Shown in pieces: positions 11,201 to 23,200 of a DNA stretch of 64,000 nt (positions within the stretch are counted from its first letter, which is position 1; each line of letters opens with the position of its first letter). The translations under genes and the position numbers were made by a program. The stretch spans positions 6,686,201 through 6,750,200 of the forward strand of contig NC_092670.1 of assembly GCF_964355755.1 (NCBI RefSeq), written 5' to 3'. The notes beneath the pieces were generated by a model, which had not been told where the DNA came from, did no database searches, and saw only the letters and a program-made list of their open reading frames with translations. Origin of the DNA: Antedon mediterranea (lineage: Eukaryota > Animalia > Echinodermata).

Positions 11201-14200
11201 ATTGGATTGAAGTACACCGAAGCATGATGATGATGATATTTTTGTTGTAATTACTGTTTAATTAATTTTGATAGCAGCTTATTCTTATAGACAACAATAA
11301 CTACTCAAATAACCCATTAACTAGATCCTTTCCATATTAACATATATTAAATCCACAGTAATATATACTATACTATACAAATAATGTTTATCCCACAGAT
11401 CAAGAAGCTCCAGATATTATCAATTGTCCAAAACAAGTGTAATAACGACCTATTAACAAATATTTTATACTTGTAGATAAACAAGCTCCCTATATTATTG
11501 ATTGTTTAATGGATATGATTGTTAACACAACAACTGGTGAGGTATTTGCAATCAATGTCACATGGGTTGAACCGACAGCTACTGATAACTCTGGAGAGAC
11601 TCCTGCACCAGTAGCAGACTACACTTCTGGTGATAACATGTTTCAAATTGGTAGTACAACAGTCCAGTACAATGTATCAGATTCAGTTGGTAACTTTAAT
11701 GATAGCTGCAGTTTTGTTATCCATGTTGAAGGTAAGACTGTACCTTATATAACAAGATTAGATTTGAGCTACATTAATGTGGTTTGGTCAAATGTAATTT
11801 CAATATACCTTTTGTTTATTTTGGTAATAGATAATGAAAGTCCAATGATTGACTGCCCAACAAATGTCACTTCAAATAATTACATTGGAGAGACATTTGG
11901 ACTAGTAAGTGTCCGGACGGATCAAGAAAGTCCGAATTCAACAGTCACGTGGAATCTTCCTGTGACAAGTGACAATAGTAATGGAACAGTGACTGTAGTG
12001 TCATCGCCTTTTGAATCAGGTGACATGATACCAATTGGTACTCACACAATCACCTTTACAGCAACTGATCCTTATGGAAATAATGACACTTGTGAATTTT
12101 ATATCGAGGTTGAAGGTAAATTAAAATAAGGGTTTCAATAATAAATTTTTAATAATTTAGAAATTATATTAACTTCTCATACACAGAATTCAAAACGATG
12201 TAAATTCGACACTGATCACATTTGAATATTTACAATTTAAAACATTGTATTCTAAAGTAAATTCTATATATAATATTAATAGTATCAACATATTTTACAG
12301 TACTAGTTTTTTTTTAAATTCATTTGTTGTTTTATTAGTAATATCCTGTATTTATATAACGCCTAAGTGCTGATTATTATTTATTTATAAATAAGTATAC
12401 TTATTGTATTCTTTTATTCTATATTTAGACGTGGAGCCGCCGAATCCGACATGTCCTTCCATTGCGTATGGTGTGGCTGATCCTGAAAGTCCCAATGGCA
12501 CTGTCAGTTTCAACATTACTGTTGTGGATAATGTTCTTGTTGCTACATTTTATACCAACCATACATTAGTCAGTCCAAGTTCTATTGACATGGTTTCTTA
12601 TACATTTAAAAGTACTGGTGTATTTCCAATTGGAGAAACTATAGTTGAATACACATTCCATGACAATGCTTCACCAACTGCCAATCAAGCCTCGTGTTAT
12701 GTTAAAGTACAAATAACAGGTATGTTTACTTTTTTCTCATTTCTTTATATTTTATCTGTGGGATACTTTACTTATATTAATATTTGATTGTAATTATAAT
12801 CTTCATATATATATGCTATATTTATTCATGTGTTATGTGTTTATGTGCTAATACCTTTCGTAATTGCGCGCTGTACATTTTCGTATTAACACTTTCACGT
12901 AAAGAGAGAAAAAAAAGTGTTATAAATGCGTTGGAGATCCACGAACAAAAATATATACTAAAGTAAATCAATAGAAAACCAATTAGATGAAATTTCAAAT
13001 AGAAGCAAAGGCAAGATGAAACCAACTGAAATTTCTAAATAGTGAGAGGCTGTGAGATTTAAGCAACACTTATGGAGAATGCTATAATCAAGATTCAAAG
13101 AAAGAATCAAAACCTTGTTGTTAGAAAAGAAAGAAAAGTCTATTGTGTTTGGAAAAAAATGTGGAGCAGTGTATTTTATATGACACAGAAGAGTCAGTGA
13201 ATAGAACCTTGAGTATTTAAATATCAAAAATCAATAACAAGCAGTGTGAAATTGGAAAAATATGAAGACAGATACTGTACATGACAAAAGAATGACCATC
13301 AAGGAAAAGAGAGATGAAAAGATGGAAAGAAACAACAAAGTAGTAGTTGAAACATGTTTAATATTGGATTGAAGTACACCGAAGCATGATGATGATGATA
13401 TTTTTGTTGTAATTACTGTTTAATTAATGTTGATAGCAGCTTATTCTTATAGACAACAATAACTACTCAAATAACCCATTAACTAGATCCTTTCCATATT
13501 AACATATATTAAATCCACAGTAATATATACTATACTATACAAATAATGTTTATCCCACAGATCAAGAAGCTCCAAATATTATCAATTGTCCAAAACAGCT
13601 GTAATAACGACCTATTAACAAATATTTTATACTTGTAGATAAACAAGCTCCCTATATTATTGATTGTTTAATGGATATGATTGTTAACACAACAACTGGT
13701 GAGGTATTTGCAATCAATGTCAAATGGGTTGAACCGACAGCTACTGATAACTCTGGAGAGACTCCTGCACCAGTAGCAGACTACACTTCTGGTGATAACA
13801 TGTTTCAAATTGGTAGTACAACAGTTCAGTACAATGTCTCAGATTCAGTTGGTAACTTTAATGATAGCTGCAGTTTTGTTATCCATGTTGAAGGTAAGAC
13901 TGTACCTTATATAACAAGATTAGATTTGAGCTACATTAATGTGGTTTGGTCAAATGTAATTTCAATATACCTTTTGTTTATTTTGGTAATAGATAATGAA
14001 AGTCCAATGATTGACTGCCCAACAAATGTCACTTCAAATAATTACATTGAAGAGACATTTGGACTAGTAAGTGTCCGGACGGATCAAGAAAGTCCGAATT
14101 CTACAGTCACGTGGAATCTTCCTGTGACAAGTGACAATAGTAATGGAACAGTGACTGTAGTGTCATCGCCATTTGAATCAGGTGACATGATACCAATTGG

Positions 14201-17200
14201 TACTCACACAATCACCTTTACAGCAACTGATCCTTATGGAAATAATGACACTTGTGAATTTTATATCAAGGTTGAAGGTAAATTAAAATAAGGGTTTCAA
14301 TAATAAATATTTAATAATTTAGAAATTATATTAACTTCTCATACACAGAATTCAAAACGATGTAAATTCGACACTGATCACATTTGAATATTTACAATTT
14401 AAAACATTGTATTCTAAAGTAAATTCTATACATAATATTAATAGTATCAACATATTTTACAGTACCAGTTTTTTTTAAATTCATTTGTTGTTTTATTAGT
14501 AATATCCTGGATTTATATAGCGCCTAAGTGCTGATTATTATTTATTTATAAATAAGTATACTTATTGTATTCTTTTATTCTATATTTAGACGTGGAGCCG
14601 CCGAATCCGACATGTCCTTCCATTGCGTATGGTGTGGCTGATCCTGAAAGTCCCAATGGCACTGTCAGTTTCAACATTACTGTTGTGGATAATGTTCTTG
14701 TTGCTACATTTTATACCAACCATACATTAGTCAGTTCAAGTGCTATTGACATGGTTTCTTATACATTTAAAAGTACTGGTGTATTTCCAATTGGAGAAAC
14801 TATAATTGAATACAAATTCTTTGACAATGCTTCACCAACAGCCAATCAAGCCTCGTGTTACGTTAAAGTACAAATAACAGGTATGTTTACTTTTTTTCTC
14901 ATTTCTTTATATTTTATCTGTGAGATACTTTAATTATATTAATATTTTATTGTAATTATATTCTTCATATATATATGCTATATTTATTCATATGTTATGT
15001 GTTTATGTGCTAATACTTTTCGTAATTGCGCGCTGTACATTTTCGTTTTAACACTTTCACGTAAAGAGAGAAAAAAAAGTGTTATAAATGCATTGGAGAT
15101 CAACGAACAAAAATATATACTAAAGTAAATCAATAGAAAACCAATTAGATGAAATTTCAAATAGAAGCAAAGGCAAGATAAAACCAACTGAAATTTCTAA
15201 ATAGTGAGAGGCTGTAAGATTTAAGCAACACTTATGGAGAATGCTATAATCAAGATTCAAAGAAAGAATCAAAACCTTGTTGTTAGAAAAGAAAGAAAAG
15301 TCTATTGTGTTTGGAAAAAAATGTGGAGCAGTGTATTTTACATGGCACAGAAGAGTCAGTGAATAGAACCTTGAGTATTTAAATATCAAAAAATCAATAA
15401 CAATCAGGGTGAAATTGGAAAAATATGAAGACAGAAACTGTACATGACAAAAAAAATGACCATCAAGGAAAAGAGAGATGAAAAGATGGAAAGAAACAAC
15501 AAAGTAGTAGTTGAAACATGTTTAATATTGGATTGAAGTACACCGAAGCATGATGATGATGATTTTTTTTTTTGTAATTACTGTTTAATTAATTTTGATA
15601 GCAGCTTATTATTATAGACAACAATAACTACTCAAATAACCCATTAAGTAGATCCTTTCTATATTAACATATATTAAACACACAGTAATATATACTATAC
15701 TATACAAATAATGTTTATCCCACAGATCAAGAAGCTCCAGATATTATCAATTGTCCAAAACAGCTGTAATAACGACCTATTACAAATATTTTATACTTTT
15801 AGATAAACAAGCTCCCTATATTATTGATTGTCCAATGGATATGATTGTTAACACAACAACTGGTGAGGTATTTGCAATCAATGTCACATGGGTTGAACCG
15901 ACAGCTACTGATAACTCTGGAGAGACTCCTGTACCAGTAGCAGACTACACTTCTGGTGATAACATGTTTCCAATTGGTAGTACAACAGTCCAGTACAATG
16001 TCTCAGATTCAGTTGGTAACTTTAATGATAGCTGCAGTTTTGTTATCCATGTTGAAGGTAAGACTGTATCTTATATAACAAGATTAGATTTGAGCTACAT
16101 TAATGTGGTTTGGTCAAATGTAATTTCAATATACCTTATGTTTATTTTGGTAATAGATAATGAAAGTCCAATGATTGACTGCCCAACAAATGTCACTTCA
16201 AACAATTACATTGGAGAGGCATTTGGACTAGTAAGTGTCCGGACGGATCAAGAAAGTCCGAATTCAACAGTCACGTGGAATCTTCCTGTGACAAGTGACA
16301 ATAGTAATGGAACAGTGACTGTAGTGTCATCGATATATGAATCAGGTGACATGTTACCAATAGGTATTCACACAATTACATTTACAGCAACTGATCCTTA
16401 TGGAAATAGTGACACTTGTGAATTTTATATCGATGTTGAAGGTAAATTAAAATAAGTGTTTCAATAATAATTTTTAATAATTTAGAAATAATATTAACTT
16501 CTCATACACCGAATTCAAAACGATGTAAACTCGACACTGATCAAAATTGAATAGTTAAAACAATGTTTACAATTTAAAACATTGTATTTAAAGTACATTC
16601 TATACATAATAATAATTCAATTCAATTCAATTTAATTTCTTTTTATTTCGGAAATATCATCCAGAATAAACGTATAAACAGAAAAAAAAATTCGTAAACT
16701 CTAAACTTATGTATATAGAATGCTTCTCCATCTACAATACGTTTTGGAGTTATGGAGCATATTTTTACAAACACAAGCAACAAGGATGTTACCACTATTC
16801 AACATACGTTGCATAAAACCATAGGTAGATTTTCGCATGTACTCATTAAAGGAAGAGACACCATGTTCAATAAACATTGCACTAGCATTAGTACCAACAT
16901 TTTTTACAATACCTGTTTTTTTATATTCATTTGTTGTTTTATTAGTAATATCCTGGTTGTATATAGCGCCTAGGTGCTGATTATTATTTATTTACAATTA
17001 AAATAAGTAAAATTATCGTATTCTTTTATTCTATATTTAGACGTGGAGCCGCCGAATCCAATATGTCCTTCCATTGCGTATGGTGTGGCTGATCCTGAAA
17101 GTCCCAATGGCACTGTCAGTTTCAACATTACTGTAGTGGATAATGTTCTTGTTACTATGTTTTATACCAACTATACATTAGTCAGTCCAAATGCTATTGA

Positions 17201-20200
17201 CATGGTTTCTTATACATTTACAACCACTGGTGTATTTCCAATTGGAGAAACTATAATTAAATACAAATTCAATGACAATGCGATACCAACATCCAATCAA
17301 GCCTCGTGTTATGTTAAAGTACAAATAACAGGTATGTTTACTTTTTTTCTCATTTCTTTATATTTTATCTGTGGGATACTTTAATTATATTAATATTTGA
17401 TTGTAATTATAATTTTCATATATATATGCTATATTTATTCATATGTTATGTGTTTATGTGCTAATACCTTTCGTAATTGCGCGCTGTACATTTTCATTTT
17501 AACACTTTCACGTAAAGAGAGAAAAAAAGGGTTATAAATGCATTGGAGATCAACGAACAAAAATATATACTAAAGTAAATCAATAGAAAACCAATTAGAT
17601 GAAATTTAAAATAGAAGCAAAGGCAAGATAAAACGAACTGAAATTTCTAAATAGTGAGAGGCTATGAGATTTAAGCAACACTTATGGAGAATGCTATAAT
17701 CAAGATTCAAAGAAAGAATCAAAACCTTGTTGTTAGAAAAGAAAGAAAAGTCTATTGTGTTTGGAAAAAAATGTGGAGCAGTGTATTTTACATGGCACAG
17801 AAGAGTCAGTGAATAGAACCTTGAGTATTTAAATATCAAAAAATCAATAACAATCAGGGTGAAATTGGAAAAATATGAAGACAGATACTGTACATGACAA
17901 AAAAATGACCATCAAGGAAAAGAGAGATGAAAAGATGGAAAGAAACAACAAAGTAGTAGTTGAAACATATTTAATATTGGATTGAAGTACACCGAAGCAT
18001 GATGATGATGATAATTTTTTTGTAATTACTGTTTAATTAATTTTGATAGCAGCTTATTGTTATAGACAACAATAACTACTTAAATAACCCATTAACTAGA
18101 TCCTTTCTATATAAACATATATTAAACCCACAGTAATATATACTATACTATACAAATAATGTTTATCCCACAGATCAAGAAGCTCCAGATATTATCAATT
18201 GTCAAAAACAGCTGTAATAACGACCTATTAACAAATATTTTATACTTGTAGATAAACAAGCTCCCTATATTTTTGATTGTTTAATGGATATGATTGTTAA
18301 CACAACAACTGGTGAGGTATTTGCAATCAATGTCACATGGGTTGAACCGACAGCTACTGATAACTCTGGAGAGACTCCTGTACCAGTAGCAGACTACACT
18401 TCTGGTGATAACATGTTTCCAATTGGTAGTACAACAGTCCAGTACAATGTCTCAGATTCAGTTGGTAACTTTAATGATAGCTGCAGTTTTGTTATCCATG
18501 TTGAAGGTAAGACTGTACCTTATATAACAAGATTAGATTTGAGCTACATTAATGTGGTTTGGTCAAATGTAATTTCAATATACCTTTTGTTTATTTTGGT
18601 AATAGATAATGAAAGTCCAATGATTCACTGCCCAACAAATGTCACTTCAAACAATTACATTGGAGAGCCATTTGGACTAGTAATTGTCCGGACGGATCAA
18701 GAAAGTCCGATTTCAACAGTTACATGGGATCCTCCTGTGACAAGTGACAATAGTAATGGAACAGTGACTGTAGTGTCATCGCCATTTGAATCAGGTGACA
18801 TGATACCAATTGGTACTCACACAATCACCTTTACAGCAACTGATCCTTATGGAAATAATGACACTTGTGAATTTTATATCGCGGTTGAAGGTAAATTAAA
18901 ATAAATGTTTCAATAATAAATTTTTTATAATTTAGAAATTATATTAACTTCTCATACACAGAATTCAAAATTCGACACTGATCACATTTGAATATTTACA
19001 ATTTAAAACATTGTATTCTAAAGTAAATTCTATACATAATATTATTTTACAGTACCAGTTTTTTTTTTAAATTCATTTGTTGTTTTATTAGTAATATCCT
19101 GGATTTATAGCGCCTAAGTGTTGATTATTATTTATTTATAAATAAGTATAATTATTGTATTCTTTTATTCTATATTTAGACGTGGATCCGCCGAATCCGA
19201 CATGTCCTTCCATTGCCTATGGTGTGGCTGATCCTGAAAGTACCAATGGCACTGTCAGTTTCAACATTACTGTTGTGGATAATGTTCTTGTTGCTATATT
19301 TTCTACCAACCATACATTAGTCAGCCCAAGTACTATTGACATGGTTTCTTATACATTTACAAGCACTGGTGTATTTCCAATTGGAGAAACTATAATTGAA
19401 TACACATTCCATGACAATGCGTCACCAATATCCAATCAAGCCTCGTGTTATGTTAAAGTACAAATACCAGGTATGTTTACTTTTTTTCTCATTTCTTTAT
19501 ATTTTATCTGTGGGATACTTTAATTATATTAATATTTGATTGTAATTATATTCTTCATATATATATGCTATATTTATTCATATGTTATGACGTGTTTATG
19601 TGCTAATACTTTTCGTAATTGCGCGCTGTACATTTTCATTTTAACACTTTCACGTAAAGAGAGAAAAAAAAAGTGTTATAAATGCATTGGAGATCAACGA
19701 ACAAAAATATATACTAAAGTAAATCAATAGAAAACCAATTAGATGAAATTTCAAATACAAGCAAAGGCAAGATAAAACCAACTGAAATTACCAAATAGTG
19801 AGAGGCTGTGAGATACAAGCCATACTTATGGAGAATGCTATAATCAAGATTCAAAGAAAGATTCAAAACTTTGTTGTTAGAAAAGATGTTTTTTGCAACC
19901 GCAAATGTCCATTGTGTTTGGAAAGAAATGTGGAGCAGTGTATTTTACATGACAAAGAAGAGTCAGTTAAAACTTACTTAAGTTGAAAGGGAATAGAACC
20001 TTGCATATTTAGATTTAAAAAAGAAACAAATAACAAGCAATCTCCAACAGCTCAAATAACCCACAGTAATATACTATATTAACAAATAGTGTATATCTCA
20101 CAGATCAAGAAGCTCCTGATATTATCAATTGTCCAATGGATATGATTGTTAACACGACGGTTGAGGCATTTGCAATCAATGTCACATGGATAGAACCTAC

Positions 20201-23200
20201 AGCTACTGATAATTCTGGAGAGACTCCTGTACCAGTAGCAGACTACATTTCTGGTGATAATATGTTTCCAATTGGTGACACAACAGTCCAGTACAATGTC
20301 TCAGATTCTGTTGGAAACTACAATGAAAGCTGTAGCTTTGTCGTCAACGTTGAAGGTAGTTATTATGACGGTTCAAAGTCAAGGCATTAAGTTTGCATCT
20401 AAAAATTAAAGTTGCATCTAAAAGTTGGTATTCATTTAATATTTTTGATTTTATTTATGTTCTTAGGTGGTCCATGTGATACTGATCTTGTGCTTACAGA
20501 GTGGCAACGTAGTATTCTATATGACCTTGGGTCTGAGTCTCCAATATCTGATGATTTTATAATAGATGGCTGGTACAAGCTGAGAAATGAGGGTGATAGG
20601 ATCGATATTAGAATGCCAACCTCAACACCAGGAAGTTTTAAATGTGGAACTTTATTCCCAGTTTGGATTGATGGTTTGTTAACTGCTTTTCAAATATTAT
20701 TATTCATAACAAACTAAATAAAGATGTATAACTATGCAAAGCACATTTGTGTATGTATTAGTATTTATAAAAGACCGCTATATAAATCTAGTGAAATAAA
20801 TGACAATAATGATTCTTTCATTGAAACAATTCTATAGATACATATCCAGAACTTGGAGATCCAATCAAAAGTGTTACTGGCTGCATAGATGTCAATGGAG
20901 ATCCTTGTGCCTTCACTGTTCCAATTTCTCTTCTTGCTTGTTCAACTGTAAACAACGATCTATATTTTGTTCATTATTTCGTTGACACTCCTGGAACCTT
21001 AATTGGATATTGTACAGGTAAGAATATAGTACTTTTAAATAAATTCATCTGGTTCCGAATATAATTAAAATTATTTCTTTTTTGTTGAACCAAATACATA
21101 CACAATTGGTATAAATATGACGTTTCGTTGACATACTGTCACCTTCTTCAAACTACTGTTTCAATAAAATAAGATAGAAATGTAATCAATACTTTAAAAC
21201 TATCTTATTTATCACATATTTAATTTAGGTAATGAGAGCCATACAATATTATGACTACATACATTAGTATATAGTGCATATATCGAAGTTCATTATGTTT
21301 AACCTGCTTTTTGTTTACTTTGTATAACACCAGAAATACTTTGTTTTATACTCATCAGCAGAATATTATATAGTATACACTACTAATTTGAAATTAGAAT
21401 TTAATTCGCCACTTTGACGAATTATTGGTGATAATTGTAAAAAACGATAAATTTACCGACATTTATTTAAAAAAAACTACGCAAACGCACCATGCACGTA
21501 CGTTAATATACGAGCGCAAACAGTTGATGTATGCCATTCTATGACCTGATGCATACGCTTATTATAGTGCTGAGTTGTGCCTATTATATGTCATATAGAA
21601 TATATATATATATATACAGTATATTATAATACAGTGTAGCATAGGTGAAATTACGGGCTCACATGTTATTAAATGAACATTTTCATTTTCAGATTCTCTT
21701 TTACCTTGTGAAACTAACGTGACGTCATCACCTGAGTTCCCACCATGTGACGGTAAGTTCTACATACCCTTTGATAACAGCAAGAAAGGAAAATATTGAA
21801 CAAAATGAGGAGAATTATAATTTTGTAAGATAAGCCGTAAGCCAACGAAAGAATAAAAAAATTTCACAGATTCTCTGCAACCGTAACAACTTTTGAGAAG
21901 AAAGGCATTACATGCCATGCTATACAACGGACTGACATTTGAAAGGGAAAGTGGCACTACATTTGAAAAGGAACATACAGTGACAAGCAGGTTGTAATGG
22001 AAAAAATACTCAGAAAAGTAAAGATAGATTCTGTACATGGAAAGCAACTAATTGACCACGAGGGAAAGGAGATATGCTAAAGTAGAAAGAAATAATGACG
22101 GAAAGAAACAGCAGATTACAAGCAGATTGCTGAATTACTCCGAAGCAATATTTGAGTCATGACTATTCATAAAATGTATTAATTTTACAGCTTAATATAA
22201 TATGCCTATTCATATAGAAACAAATTAACTGTTAATATTATAACCTATTATATCTCTTCCATATTTGACTTAAGTGGGCTTACCGACCATGGCATGTATT
22301 GCTAATTGAATAGATTTAATATGTAAACAATAATATGTTTATTTCACAGATCAAGAAGCTCCAGATATTATCAATTGTCCAATGGATATGACTATTAACA
22401 CGACTGTTGAGGCATTTGCAATCAATGTCACATGGGTTGAACCTACAGCTACCGATAACTCTGGAGAGACTCCTGTACCAGTAGCAGACTACACTTCTGG
22501 TGATAATATGTTTCCAATTGGTGACACAACAGTCCAGTACAATGTCTCAGATTCTGCTGGTAACTTTAATGATAGCTGTAGTTTCGTTATCACTGTTGAA
22601 GGTAAGACAACTGTACCTCGTTGGAGGAAATTAAAATTGAGCTACAGTAATGTGGTTATATCAAATGTAATATATTTATTTATGTTATTTATGTCGTGAA
22701 TAGATATTGAAAATCCAATAATTGACTGCCCAACAAATGTCACTTCAAACAATTACATCGGAGAAGGGTATGGACTAGTAAATGTCAGCACAGATATAGG
22801 AAGTCCAAATGCCACTGTCACCTGGGATCCTCCTGTGACAAGTGACAATAGTGGTGGACTTGTGACTGTAATGTCTTCATCTTTTGAGTCTGGTGACATG
22901 ATACCATATGGTACTCACACAATCACTTTTACAGCAACTGATCCTTATGGCAATAGTGACACCTGTGACTTTGGCCTCAATGTTGAAGGTAAAATATAAA
23001 CCTCTTTGAAATGTTGATAATTTACAAAATACAGGAATTAGAATTGTATTTAACAGCGTTATGAGTATATTATAATATTTCCTCTCAGAACGTAGAAAGA
23101 GAATATATCTTATATTACAAAAGTAAAATTCAATTAATTACTAATTGATGATTAATTTCTTGGACTTTATACAACAATTACGTCTTTAACCGATAAACAA

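Larger units (their letters stand above)
8915..20135 (+). repeat. Tandem array 1: five copies of an A-B-C HYR exon cassette (period ~2.16 kb)
   Basis: A exons start at 8962, 11477, 13639, 15803 and 18252; introns are near-identical between copies. Confidence 0.95.

Noticed and set aside
12784-13227. Recurrent short intronic ORFs (also at 14984-15389, 17606 and 19536)
   Set aside because: They recur only because the intron is duplicated, are AT-biased, and their frames are not kept in all units
8915-20135. Regular repeats considered as a CRISPR-like array or as separate small HYR genes
   Set aside because: The units are kilobase exon-intron cassettes with GT-AG sites in a continuous frame; there are no spacers or cas genes
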